A stretch of 64,000 bases of DNA, from contig CDROCS010006304.1 of assembly GCA_977020255.1 (NCBI GenBank), forward strand, positions 1 to 64,000, in the 5' to 3' direction. Every line of letters starts with the position of its first letter. Position 1 is the stretch's first letter. The DNA comes from Obrimoposthia wandeli (Eukaryota). Under the pieces are notes generated by a model. It was not told the DNA's origin, did not search any database, and worked only from the letters and a program-made list of their open reading frames with translations. The position numbers were made by a program, and so were the translations under genes. Positions 53,786-63,658 of the stretch are shown piece after piece.

Positions 53786-55867
53786 CTATTCGGGAATCCC
53801 TTCGATAAACAACGGTAAACTAAAAGTGAACTCCATTCCTGTATCCGTATTCTCAGCACTGATATCGCCTTGAAAATCATCGAGAATATTTTTGATAATC
53901 GACAAACCTAAGCCCAGCCCCATACCGATATCTTTGGTGGTGAAAAATGGCTCAAAAATTTGTTTCAGCTGTTCCTCATCAATACCACCACCGCTATCGC
54001 TCAACTGACAGATAACCCTATTATGCGTGATTGAGTATTGCAGTTTGATGATTTTATCAGGCGAGTGGATCATAGCATCAAGTGAATTTCGCAGTAAATT
54101 AAACAGTACTTGCTCCAAACCTGTGTGATCGGCCAACACTATCACACTGTCTTCTTGAGGATAAAATTCACAGCAAACCTGCTGTTGTTCAAAATCTGGT
54201 GCCAACAGCAACAACACACCACGTGTCACAGCCACAAGGTCTACCATTTGGCCTCTATTGGGTTTAGCGTAGGCAAATGTCTTCAACTGTTTAGTAATAG
54301 CGGCCATGTTATCCACTAAGTGATTCAGCGATTTGAGCTGTTGATCAATTAAGTCGGGGTTATCTTTCACCTTCCCTAAAATAGCCAAATAATTTCGCAG
54401 CGCTGTCAGCGGCTGATTAACCTCGTGAACAATCGCGGTGGACATACGCCCCAATGCCGCCATTTTTTCAATTTTCACTAATTCTGCCTGAGCATTTTGC
54501 AGCGCTCTGGTTCGACTCACCACTTTGTCTTCCAGCGATTCATTCGCTTCTTTAAGCCTGCGCTCTAACTGCTTGCGTTTAGTAATATCCACCAAGGTCA
54601 CGAGATATTCAACCACTGGAGCGCTGCGCATTTGCTTGATACTAAATATGGCGGGAAAGACAGAACCATCAGAGCGTTTAGCGACAACTTCATAGCCGGT
54701 TAGCGGGCTGAAGTTTCCGAACTTCAAATTCTCTAGCACCCTATCGAGTGAAACAAAACTAGGTAATTGATCAAATAACATGCTCAAAGGCTGATTGACA
54801 ACACTATTGAGCGATATGCCAAATTGCTGCATCACCAGCGGATTGATAAAGGTGATTTTTCCCTGTGTATCTAAGGTAATCAGCCCGGATTGAGCGGTAT
54901 TGATAATATGACGACCACGCGCTTCACTCTCTAATTGAGCCGTTACTACCTGTTGTTGCGAGCGCTTTTTAGCTCGCCATTCACGCAAAAACATCAGCAT
55001 TAGCGCTAAAATAACCGCACTTGAGAATACCGCCGCACTACTCCAAAATGCCTTTCCCTTAACATCTAATGGGGTCAGTATGCCTATATTCCACTGTGTA
55101 TCATCCAACAGCACTTGTTGCACCAGATAGTCCCTTGCATTTCTTTGTAATACATTAATGGTAGTGCCATCCAATAGTTGCTCCTCATTGAGCGCAGCCA
55201 CAGCTACTTGATTACTCGCTGTAATGTCAGCAGCTTTGGTCGCATAGATTAGAGATCCTTGGCGATCACTCAAATAAAAATTCTCTCGCGTGGTTAACTC
55301 TTGCAGTGTTTTGGCCACATCGATCCGAATCACTGCCACTCCTATCAAGCGCTGTAAATAGTAAATGGGGGCCGAGAAATAAAACCAGACTCCACGCTGC
55401 TCATCAAACCAAACACCACTCCCCTGCTCACCATTGATCGCCTGCAGAAAAAAAGCACTCTGGCTATAATTTGAATCTAAGGGTTTAGGTTGCTCGCGCC
55501 AATTACTGAAGGCCGCAACATCACCGTTGCGATCTAACACCAGTAACGCGGCTGAGCCGACAATTAAATTTGTCTGTTCTAAATAACGACGCACTCGATA
55601 GAGACTTTTTAGGCCGGGGTCATTCAACAGTGCCTGGACATCCAATTGCTTTGAGACAATATAGGGCAGTGCATGAAATTTATTAAGGGCTGAGCGTACT
55701 GCTGTCACTGTATTTAGCAGCTGTGCGCTACTGTATTGTTGCGTGACTCCCAACCCCCAATCACGCACGTAGAGGTAACTAAAGCCGCTCAAGCTTAGGC
55801 TTGTGATTACAAAAATACTAATAACAAAAAAGCGCCGTGCTGCACTCATGATAGCCAAACTCAACAA
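53786..55867 (-). CDS. DctB-like sensor histidine kinase with an added cytoplasmic PAS domain
   Basis: Two TMs around a dCache-like region; [30 protein letters not shown]; H-box [20 protein letters not shown]; N, G1, F, G2 boxes ([16 protein letters not shown]). Confidence 0.9.
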   Translation of the reverse strand: MLSLAIMSAARRFFVISIFVITSLSLSGFSYLYVRDWGLGVTQQYSSAQLLNTVTAVRSALNKFHALPYIVSKQLDVQALLNDPGLKSLYRVRRYLEQTNLIVGSAALLVLDRNGDVAAFSNWREQPKPLDSNYSQSAFFLQAINGEQGSGVWFDEQRGVWFYFSAPIYYLQRLIGVAVIRIDVAKTLQELTTRENFYLSDRQGSLIYATKAADITASNQVAVAALNEEQLLDGTTINVLQRNARDYLVQQVLLDDTQWNIGILTPLDVKGKAFWSSAAVFSSAVILALMLMFLREWRAKKRSQQQVVTAQLESEARGRHIINTAQSGLITLDTQGKITFINPLVMQQFGISLNSVVNQPLSMLFDQLPSFVSLDRVLENLKFGNFSPLTGYEVVAKRSDGSVFPAIFSIKQMRSAPVVEYLVTLVDITKRKQLERRLKEANESLEDKVVSRTRALQNAQAELVKIEKMAALGRMSTAIVHEVNQPLTALRNYLAILGKVKDNPDLIDQQLKSLNHLVDNMAAITKQLKTFAYAKPNRGQMVDLVAVTRGVLLLLAPDFEQQQVCCEFYPQEDSVIVLADHTGLEQVLFNLLRNSLDAMIHSPDKIIKLQYSITHNRVICQLSDSGGGIDEEQLKQIFEPFFTTKDIGMGLGLGLSIIKNILDDFQGDISAENTDTGMEFTFSLPLFIEGIPE

Positions 55868-56185
55868 AAAGACCGTTCAATATACTGTAATTTTCCCTCG
55901 ATGTGAAAAAGTCCTGCGGCTCTGTGGTCTATTGCGCGAAAATATAGCCATCTCTAACTCATTGGGAACTCTGCATAACCGCTGCACTCAATTCTACTGC
56001 GTTAAAAAACAACGTCTAATCAAAGGTGAGGGGTACTCTGAATGCTCATTAATACCAATGATGACCATAGGGCACACTGACTGCGCTGTTTGGTCGATTT
56101 GAGCTTTTATTACTATTGTTCGATACGTTATGCAGATATCTCTAATTGCCTTATACTGCATTTTATTTGTAATGAGTGGATAAAC

Positions 56186-56914
56186 ATGAGCAAAATTGCA
56201 GTCATCACTGGCGGTTCTAAAGGTATCGGTCTCGCCTGTATTGAACAGCTCATTAGTGAAGGTTACACCGTGTGTAACTTAGATATTCAACCAGGGGATG
56301 CGGGTGAATACTGGCCCTGTGATGTCAGTAATTTCGGCCAAGTTCAACAAAGTATCGTTGATATCAGACAAAAGCATTCACGTATTGACCTACTGATTTG
56401 CAACGCAGGTAAACACTTTAGTGGCACCATAGAGACCACCAGCGAGCAACAATTTGATCAACTTTTTGCCCTTAATGTAAAAGGGGCTTACGCGGCAATA
56501 CAAGCTTGCCTACCCAGCATGAAAGCCCAGCGCAGTGGCGCAATTGTGATCGTGGGTTCCGATCAGTCACTTATCGCTAAAACAGGCTCCTTTGCCTACA
56601 ACTTAAGCAAACATGCACTCGCCTCTCTCGCTAAAACAACTGCACTAGATTACGCCCCGTATAATATTAGAGCGAACGCTGTTTGCCCAGGTACCATTGA
56701 AACACCACTCTATCATCAGGCGATTGATGCCTATTGCCAACGCAGCGGCGCAGATAAAGCAGAAGTACACGCCGAAGAGGCACAGTTACAGCCTTTAGGC
56801 CGTCTGGGCCAAGCAAGTGAAGTGGCACAACTAATTTGCTTTCTCGGCAGTGACAAGGCCAGCTTTATCACCGGCAGCCTTCATCCTATCGATGGCGGCT
56901 ACACTACAGGTTAA
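56186..56914 (+). CDS. Short-chain dehydrogenase/reductase (sugar dehydrogenase-like)
   Basis: TGGSKGIG, CNAG, YNLSK (YxxxK), IRANAVCPGTIETP, GSLHPIDGGYT. Confidence 0.9.
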   Translation: MSKIAVITGGSKGIGLACIEQLISEGYTVCNLDIQPGDAGEYWPCDVSNFGQVQQSIVDIRQKHSRIDLLICNAGKHFSGTIETTSEQQFDQLFALNVKGAYAAIQACLPSMKAQRSGAIVIVGSDQSLIAKTGSFAYNLSKHALASLAKTTALDYAPYNIRANAVCPGTIETPLYHQAIDAYCQRSGADKAEVHAEEAQLQPLGRLGQASEVAQLICFLGSDKASFITGSLHPIDGGYTTG

Positions 56915-56917
56915 GTT

Positions 56918-57769
56918 ATGAATATTATCGATCCTCACCTGCATTTATTCGATCTAACCTTGGGCGACTATCAGTGGCTAAAGCCGGAAAATCCGCCTAA
57001 CTGGCCTGACAAAGAACGGATTAACCAAGATTTCTCTGTGGCGGATCTAGCCTTAGATAATGGTAATATACTGGCAGGTTTCGTTCATATTGAAGCGGGA
57101 TTCGATAACGTGGAACCCTGGCGTGAAATACAGTGGCTGGAAACTCATGTTGATATTCCCATGCGCAGTATCGCCTCTGTTGACCTTACTTCATCGAGTA
57201 GCCAGTTTATTGCTCAGCTAAACGTACTTAAAACCTATTCGTCTGTGGTTGGCGTACGTCACATATTGGATGAACAAGCAGTGCAGTTGCTCAATAGCGA
57301 ACAAGTAATTGAGAATCTACAAACGCTCGCTCAATCTAAAATGATTTTTGAATGCCAGTTACTCGCATGTGACGACAACGCTATCAGCGCGCTCATTAAC
57401 TTGGTAAAGCAAGTACCATCACTGATCATTATATTAAATCATGCAGGTTTTCCAGCACTCGATCCCCATGGTTATCAAGGGTGGCTGAGCAACATAAAGC
57501 GCCTGCAAAAGCATACCGCTATTTTCGTTAAAGCATCCGGCTGGGAAATGCTCGACAGAGCTTATCAACTGGAGAGCGTCTCCAAAGTTTTAACTGATTT
57601 GATCGATATATTTGGTATCGATCAAATTATGTTGGCCAGTAACTTCCCGCTGTGTACTTTCAGTTGTCGTTATCCACAACTGTGGCAAAAGTATCAGACC
57701 CTTGGCCTAGATGAAGCACAGCTACACAAGCTGTGTTATCACAATGCATTTCATATCTACCAATTTTAA
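56918..57769 (+). CDS. Amidohydrolase family, sugar-lactonase-like
   Basis: IIDPHLHLFD, VHIEAG, VVGVRHIL, ILNHAGFP, VKASG, MLASNFP. Confidence 0.85.
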   Translation: MNIIDPHLHLFDLTLGDYQWLKPENPPNWPDKERINQDFSVADLALDNGNILAGFVHIEAGFDNVEPWREIQWLETHVDIPMRSIASVDLTSSSSQFIAQLNVLKTYSSVVGVRHILDEQAVQLLNSEQVIENLQTLAQSKMIFECQLLACDDNAISALINLVKQVPSLIIILNHAGFPALDPHGYQGWLSNIKRLQKHTAIFVKASGWEMLDRAYQLESVSKVLTDLIDIFGIDQIMLASNFPLCTFSCRYPQLWQKYQTLGLDEAQLHKLCYHNAFHIYQF

Positions 57770-57869
57770 TTGATTTTTGATAGTAATTTACCAATGCTGT
57801 GATAGCGTTAGCGCATATTTTAAATCGTATAATCGCGCCGCGAAGCGCATCTAACATAGAGGATAGCTT

Positions 57870-59021
57870 GTGGACAGTAAAAAAGTTGCCGATGAAACCC
57901 TTCTCGCCCAAGGCATGGGGTATATGGACGAAACACATCTTGGGGTAATCCCTGGTATCTTTCCCAGCACAACCTATGAGCGTGCGGCTGATAACAGCTA
58001 TCCCAATGGTAAAATTTACACCCGTGATCACAACCCTAATTACGAGCAACCAGAACACCTACTAGCTGCCTTAGAGAAAGGCGCTGCCGCGATGTTGTTT
58101 TCCTCTGGAATGTCCGCTGCAACTTGTGTCTTCATGTCACTCAAACCTGGCGACCACGCTATTGTGCCTAACGTTATCTATTGGTCATTTCGCAATTGGT
58201 TACAAACCTTTGCCGCTAACTGGGGGATTGAGACAACGTTTGTCGACAACGGTGATTTAGAGGCGGTAAAAGCCGCAGTGCGCCCAGGCAAAACAAAACT
58301 GATGTGGATAGAAACACCGGCCAACCCGACGTGGGTGATTGAGGATATTGCGGCATGGGCTGACATTGCTCACCAAGCAGGCGCTCGCCTAGCGGTTGAT
58401 AATACAATAGCCACTCCTCTTTTGTGTAATCCACTGGAGTTAGGTGCTGACATTGTTATGCACTCAGCAACTAAATACCTCAACGGTCATTCAGATGTCC
58501 TCGCCGGTGCACTCGTCACTAAACACATCGATGAGCACTGGGCGCGTATGGCGACTGTTCGCGCCTCAGGTGGCGCGGTGCTTGGCCCCTTTGAGGCATG
58601 GCTACTGATGCGTGGTATGCGCACCCTCTGCGTACGCGTAAAACAAGCCTGTAGCAATGCGCTCTCCTTTGCACTGGCCCTAGAAGCACACCCGCAGATA
58701 GAAGAGGTACTCTACCCTGGCCTTGAAAGTAATGCCGGTCATGCTATTGCCAAACGACAAATGAAAGGTGGCTTCGGCGGTATGTTGAGTATTCGCATAA
58801 AAGGTGGAGAGCAGGCGGCGATTGGCACTGCGGCCCAGCTTAAATTATTCAAGCGCGCAACCTCTCTTGGCGGTGTAGAAAGTTTAGTTGAGCATCGAGC
58901 CAGTGTCGAAGGTGCCGGTACTCCTTGCCCTGATGATTTACTACGTATATCGATAGGTATTGAAGCGGTGGAGGACTTGATCGCTGATATGGAACAAGCA
59001 TTAGCCAACAATAATAGGTAA
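57870..59021 (+). CDS. PLP-dependent trans-sulfuration enzyme (cystathionine gamma-synthase/lyase family)
   Basis: YTRDHNP, FSSGMSA, WIETPANP, VDNT, HSATKYLNGHSD (PLP Lys), SLGGVESLV, RISIGIE. Confidence 0.92.
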   Translation: MDSKKVADETLLAQGMGYMDETHLGVIPGIFPSTTYERAADNSYPNGKIYTRDHNPNYEQPEHLLAALEKGAAAMLFSSGMSAATCVFMSLKPGDHAIVPNVIYWSFRNWLQTFAANWGIETTFVDNGDLEAVKAAVRPGKTKLMWIETPANPTWVIEDIAAWADIAHQAGARLAVDNTIATPLLCNPLELGADIVMHSATKYLNGHSDVLAGALVTKHIDEHWARMATVRASGGAVLGPFEAWLLMRGMRTLCVRVKQACSNALSFALALEAHPQIEEVLYPGLESNAGHAIAKRQMKGGFGGMLSIRIKGGEQAAIGTAAQLKLFKRATSLGGVESLVEHRASVEGAGTPCPDDLLRISIGIEAVEDLIADMEQALANNNR

Positions 59022-59044
59022 ATCTGCTTTTTAACGCCTCTTTA

Positions 59045-59069
59045 AAGCGGCGGCGCAAAGCCGTCGTTT
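59045..59069. terminator. Hairpin between convergent trans-sulfuration and LysR genes
   Basis: aagcggcggc gcaaa gccgtcgttt, with G-U pairs. Confidence 0.5.
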
Positions 59070-59112
59070 ACTAACGTCTATTTCTAAAAAGGCGTTAACT
59101 ATTCGATTAACT

Positions 59113-60024
59113 TTACATTTCACTTGGTTGGCATAGCTGCGCTAAGCTAGCGATGATCTGTAACTTCAACTCAATAGCCGCTGCCGATAGCGGTCGGCTA
59201 TTACAACTGATCAACTTAATCGGCTCGTATATGTTAGGCGTAAAACGGCGATACACTACATTCTTACGCGGCTCAACCTCCTCTATATGCTGTAAGTTAA
59301 TCGCATCTATTAACGTTACCCCACATTGCTGTTCAACAAACGCCAGGGCGTTCAAACTGCCGTTAACTTCTATCCTTGGATTGAACACTTTGCCAAGTCC
59401 GGCATAACTCGCCTGCAAAGCCTGATATGTGTCAGTGGTCGGGCTGAACGTTATCCACTCTTCACTATGGATACAAGCGGCTGATAGTTGCATCTCATGT
59501 GCGAGGGGATGATCAATATGCAACGCACAATAGCAGGGTAAGTTAAATTCAACCTCATCATAGTGTCCCTCAAAATAACGTTTATCGATCAATCCTAGTT
59601 CAAATTGACCAGAGGCTACGCCCTCGCACACTTGGCTGGAGCTCATCACCTGCAGGCTCAGTTCAAGCTCACTGTGTTGTTTGAGATAAACGCTGCTCAG
59701 TTTTGGCAACAGGCTATGCGCCGGAGAGAATATACTGGCGATCTTCAGCTTACCCAATTGACCGTGCTTAGCTTTTTCAAAACTATGCTCCAAGCGGGTC
59801 ATATTCTGTAATACCGTCAACGTTTCTCGGTGTAGGTAAGCAGCTTCCGGCGTAGGGTTTAGCCGGCCATTGGCACGAAAAAACAGCTGATAGCCGATTC
59901 TACTTTCTAACGCCGCTAACATTTTACTGGCCGCGGGCTGGCTAAAACTTAAACGCTCAGCGGCCTGAGAAATTTTCCCAGTCACCATCACTTCATGAAA
60001 GAGCCGCAGTTGCTTGATATTCAT
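59113..60024 (-). CDS. LysR family transcriptional regulator
   Basis: MNIKQLRLF..TGKISQAAERLSFSQPAASKML..LE.RIG..LFFR. Confidence 0.93.
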   Translation of the reverse strand: MNIKQLRLFHEVMVTGKISQAAERLSFSQPAASKMLAALESRIGYQLFFRANGRLNPTPEAAYLHRETLTVLQNMTRLEHSFEKAKHGQLGKLKIASIFSPAHSLLPKLSSVYLKQHSELELSLQVMSSSQVCEGVASGQFELGLIDKRYFEGHYDEVEFNLPCYCALHIDHPLAHEMQLSAACIHSEEWITFSPTTDTYQALQASYAGLGKVFNPRIEVNGSLNALAFVEQQCGVTLIDAINLQHIEEVEPRKNVVYRRFTPNIYEPIKLISCNSRPLSAAAIELKLQIIASLAQLCQPSEM

Positions 60025-60055
60025 TGCTCACCTTCGCTAAATATTAATTTTCTGT

Positions 60056-60091
60056 ATAACTTAAAGTTATGAATTGCTGAATAATATTCAG
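60056..60091. promoter_or_regulatory. Two T-N11-A palindromes, candidate LysR binding sites
   Basis: ATAACTT-A-AAGTTAT (60056-60070) and CTGAATA-A-TATTCAG (60077-60091), centres 21 bp apart, between divergent lysR and oxidoreductase genes. Confidence 0.6.
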
Positions 60092-60172
60092 TATTTAATC
60101 TTTTTGATATCTCTATACTTAAATAATATGGCCAGCGAGCCAATAAAACACGGATAAACTTGGAGCAATGAG

Positions 60173-61462
60173 ATGATCGATGATTTTTCTAACACGCCAT
60201 TTTGGCACGACAATACTGATTTATCCGTCTCTGCCACCCCTCTTGAACAACTCTCCGATACGGTTGATGTATTGATTGTGGGCGCGGGTTTTACTGGATT
60301 ATCAGCCGCGCTCACCTTAGCGCGCGCCGGGAAATCTGTCGCCGTTATTGAGAAAAACGAAATTGCTAGCGGCGCCAGCTCGCGTAATGGTGGTTTACTA
60401 GGCCCTAGTTTTCATAAACTTGGAATTCAGGGCTTAATAAAACAGTTTGGCCAAGACACCGCTGATAACTTATTAAAAGAGAGCTTGAACGGTTACCAGT
60501 GGCTGCTAGATTTTATTGAGCGCGAACAGATAGACTGTGATTTACAACGCTGCGGCCGCTTTCGCGGTGCCCTAAAACCCGCACACTTCAAGAATTTGGT
60601 CACCCAAGCTGAGTCACTCGCCCGCAACTTTGATTATCCGGTAACCATTGTCGATAAGACGCACCAACATCAAGAGGTGGGTTCCAATCGCTATCACGGC
60701 GGTGTCGTTTACGAAAAAGATGCTTCACTGCATCCGGCAAAGTTAGTGAAAGGTTTAATTCAACTCTGCCTGAAAGCAGGAGTCACACTGGTTCCGCACG
60801 CTAATGTAGAAAAAATAGTGCAGAACTCTAATGGTTTCAATATCAGTATCGCGCAGCGGATCATCAAAGCCGATGCGGTACTCATTGCCAGTAACGGCTA
60901 CACTGGAAATGTCACTGCGGACCTAAAAAAACGCATTCTTCCCATTCGCTCTTCTATGATTGCCACTGAACCCTTACCCGCGGCATTGATCGATAGCATT
61001 TCGCCTAAAAAACGGACACACGGCGGTACTGATCGTCTGGTTTTTTATTACCGAACCTCTCCTGATGGTCAGCGTTTATTATTTGGTGGCAGAGCGCTCT
61101 CTTATCACGATAAACCGCAGGAGTATTATCGCTTCCTTCGTCACAATATGCTCGACCTCTTCCCACAGTTAGAACAGGCGGCTATCTCTCATGCATGGTC
61201 TGGGTTAGTCGCTTACAGTTTTGATCATATTCCACATTTAGGTAGGCACAAGGGTATGTATTACGCCATGGGTTACTGTGGCTCTGGAGTGGCGCGAGCT
61301 AACTATTTAGGACATAAAATCGCCCTACAAATGCTCGGGCAAGGAGGGGAAACAGGCTTCGACCGTTTTGATTTTCCATCACCCGCGTTGTATTCGGGGA
61401 ATCCTTGGTTTATGCCAATATTACTGCGCTGGCATGGTATCGCCGATAAATGGGGACTTTAA
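60173..61462 (+). CDS. FAD-dependent oxidoreductase (DAO/PuuB-like)
   Basis: DVLIVGAGFTGLSAA, GASSRNGG, LHPAKL, ASNGYT, RLLFGGR, GYCGSGV. Confidence 0.9.
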   Translation: MIDDFSNTPFWHDNTDLSVSATPLEQLSDTVDVLIVGAGFTGLSAALTLARAGKSVAVIEKNEIASGASSRNGGLLGPSFHKLGIQGLIKQFGQDTADNLLKESLNGYQWLLDFIEREQIDCDLQRCGRFRGALKPAHFKNLVTQAESLARNFDYPVTIVDKTHQHQEVGSNRYHGGVVYEKDASLHPAKLVKGLIQLCLKAGVTLVPHANVEKIVQNSNGFNISIAQRIIKADAVLIASNGYTGNVTADLKKRILPIRSSMIATEPLPAALIDSISPKKRTHGGTDRLVFYYRTSPDGQRLLFGGRALSYHDKPQEYYRFLRHNMLDLFPQLEQAAISHAWSGLVAYSFDHIPHLGRHKGMYYAMGYCGSGVARANYLGHKIALQMLGQGGETGFDRFDFPSPALYSGNPWFMPILLRWHGIADKWGL

Positions 61463-61484
61463 GAAAAATATAAGTAAGAGAATA

Positions 61485-61517
61485 CCTCAGCTGCCTATCT
61501 CCGTAGAACAGCTGAGG
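61485..61517. terminator. Hairpin between convergent oxidoreductase and enolase-family genes
   Basis: cctcagctg ... cagctgagg, 9-bp stem. Confidence 0.5.
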
Positions 61518-61526
61518 CGATAACGC

Positions 61527-62705
61527 TTACTTAATCACTAAACGCGGTGAACGCATGACTATTTCATCATTCAGTTCAATACCGATTCCCGGCGTTTCTG
61601 ACACGGTAAATTGACCGTTAACAGGTTGAGGATCCTGCAGGCAAAGCTCTCTATTCCAAGCTTTAATAGCATAGGTATGGTGCTCGTGAATCAAAAAGTT
61701 AGGGATGGCTGTTTCTAAATGTAGTGACGCGGCTGTTGCCACTGGGCCGCCACAGACGTGCGCTTGAATGCGAATATCAAAGATATCAGCGTAATCACAC
61801 ACTTTTTTAGTCTCAGTAAAACCACCGCACAAACCGATATCAGGCTGAAGTACATCAATACTCTGATCTTCAAAGTAAGGACGGACCGCCCAGCGATTGT
61901 ATAAACGCTCGCCGCCGGCAATAGGAACCGCCACTTTATCGGCAACTTTCGCGTGTAGCGAATGGTTGAGATAGTTAACAGGTTCTTCGTAGTACATACA
62001 ATCGAACTCTTCTGCCAACGCACCTAACTGAATGGCTGTCGTAGCACCTGGCAGTGAATGGCATTCAAAAATAATATCCACTTCATCACCCACAGCATCT
62101 CTAATCGCCTGCAACCTGGCACGGTACAGTTTCATTTCACCGCGGGATATAATTTTAGTGCGATCGTAATAAGTATTACCATCTTTGTCGAACATGATCG
62201 GGTCAACCTTAACTGCGTCATATCCTTCAGCAATCGCTTTTAAAGCCGCTTCAGCGTATTGTTCTGGCTGCGATAATGCCTTGAACTCAACGTCCCAGTC
62301 AAACTGTAGCTGTGAGGCATAAGTGCGCAGTGAATCGTTTACTTTACCGCCGAGTAACTGATAAACAGGTACATTCAATGCCTTGCCTTTAATATCCCAA
62401 AGTGCCGTATCAATTGCACTCATCGCGGCATAAACCACCGGTCCACCACCTAAACCCCAAAAGCTCTCACGCAACATACGCGACCAGAGTTTCTCTGTTT
62501 GAAAAGGATCGTGACCGATTAAAAAAGCTTCTGCCATTTCCTTAATCATATGCGCCGCAGCACTGTGTCCTAAATCATAGGCAAGGCCCGCCTCACCGAC
62601 ACCATTAATACCTTCATCTGTGTGTATTCGCACAAAAACAGGGTTCCAGGTTGTGCGCTCTGGACAGTGGATGTCAAATACTTCTACGTGGGTAACTTTC
62701 ATCAA
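61527..62705 (-). CDS. Mandelate racemase/muconate lactonizing enzyme family (acid-sugar dehydratase-like)
   Basis: VRIHTDEGINGVGE, AIDTALWDIKGKALNVPVYQLLGG, AVKVD, YEEP, GER, QPDIG..GG, HVCG. Confidence 0.9.
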   Translation of the reverse strand: MMKVTHVEVFDIHCPERTTWNPVFVRIHTDEGINGVGEAGLAYDLGHSAAAHMIKEMAEAFLIGHDPFQTEKLWSRMLRESFWGLGGGPVVYAAMSAIDTALWDIKGKALNVPVYQLLGGKVNDSLRTYASQLQFDWDVEFKALSQPEQYAEAALKAIAEGYDAVKVDPIMFDKDGNTYYDRTKIISRGEMKLYRARLQAIRDAVGDEVDIIFECHSLPGATTAIQLGALAEEFDCMYYEEPVNYLNHSLHAKVADKVAVPIAGGERLYNRWAVRPYFEDQSIDVLQPDIGLCGGFTETKKVCDYADIFDIRIQAHVCGGPVATAASLHLETAIPNFLIHEHHTYAIKAWNRELCLQDPQPVNGQFTVSETPGIGIELNDEIVMRSPRLVIK

Positions 62706-62780
62706 ATAACTCCTAAAAACTGCTGATATTAATCGGACTACAATATAGCGAACACATCACTACCTTTCAGCCGCTATGCC

Positions 62781-63548
62781 TTATTGGGCAAAACTGGGAT
62801 CTAGCTTGTAAGCTTTACGTAACATGGCTGGCCATATTTTCTGGCCACCTGTTTCACCTATGTTGACGATTTTCTGCTGTTTGAACATATTATCTAAAAT
62901 AGCTTGCGGTATTTGAGTCGCATCTTGGCCTGAAGACTGAATCAATAGTTGAATTTCACAAGCTCGCTGTAAATCAAACATCCGCATAAAAGCATCGCCA
63001 ATGCTATGGCCTAAAGTCAGTCCACCGTGATTGACCAGTAACATATGGTTTGAATTGCCAAGGTCTTGTTGCAAGCGCGTTTTTTCATCCGCGTTGACCG
63101 CTAACCCTTCGTAATGGTGATAACTCAAAGAAGCCAGTGAGAACATAGAATATTGACTGTAAGGTAGTAAGCCTTGTTTTTGAGTGGCTACCGCGATGGT
63201 CTCTTTGGTATGTAGGTGAATCACACAATGTGCATCTGGGCGCGCCTCGTGAATCGCGCTGTGGATGGTAAACCCAGCTGGATTGATAGCATAAGGCGTC
63301 TCATCGAGGATATTACCCGCCAAATCAACTTTTACTAAGTTGGACGCGGTAACCTCATCAAATGCTAGACCAAAGCCATTGACCAAATAATGATCGGTTC
63401 CCTCTAAGCGCGCGGATAGATGCGTGTAAATTAAATCATCCCATCCCAAGTCCGCCACAAGTCGATAACATGCCGCGAGGTCAACACGCAACAGCCACTC
63501 TTGCTCGCTCACTTTCCCCTTCAAGCTTATCTCAGGTAAATCAAACAC
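62781..63548 (-). CDS. Class II aldolase/adducin family protein
   Basis: RVDLAACYRL, IYTHLSAR, EVTASNLVKVD, IHSAIH..HCVIHLHT, LLVNHG. Confidence 0.9.
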   Translation of the reverse strand: MFDLPEISLKGKVSEQEWLLRVDLAACYRLVADLGWDDLIYTHLSARLEGTDHYLVNGFGLAFDEVTASNLVKVDLAGNILDETPYAINPAGFTIHSAIHEARPDAHCVIHLHTKETIAVATQKQGLLPYSQYSMFSLASLSYHHYEGLAVNADEKTRLQQDLGNSNHMLLVNHGGLTLGHSIGDAFMRMFDLQRACEIQLLIQSSGQDATQIPQAILDNMFKQQKIVNIGETGGQKIWPAMLRKAYKLDPSFAQ

Positions 63549-63658
63549 TTTATATCCCTCGGCAATAGTAAATTTACTGCGCTTATCTTATAGTGTTCGC
63601 TGTGTAAAAACAGCGGGTAAATTAGACTTTTCATTCGATTTTGACCAAGGAGATACCA

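Noticed and set aside
57770-57869. SAM riboswitch or MetJ boxes before the trans-sulfuration gene
   Set aside because: Only about 100 bp, with a TATAAT at 57828 close to the start; no AGACGTCT-like repeats or riboswitch core.
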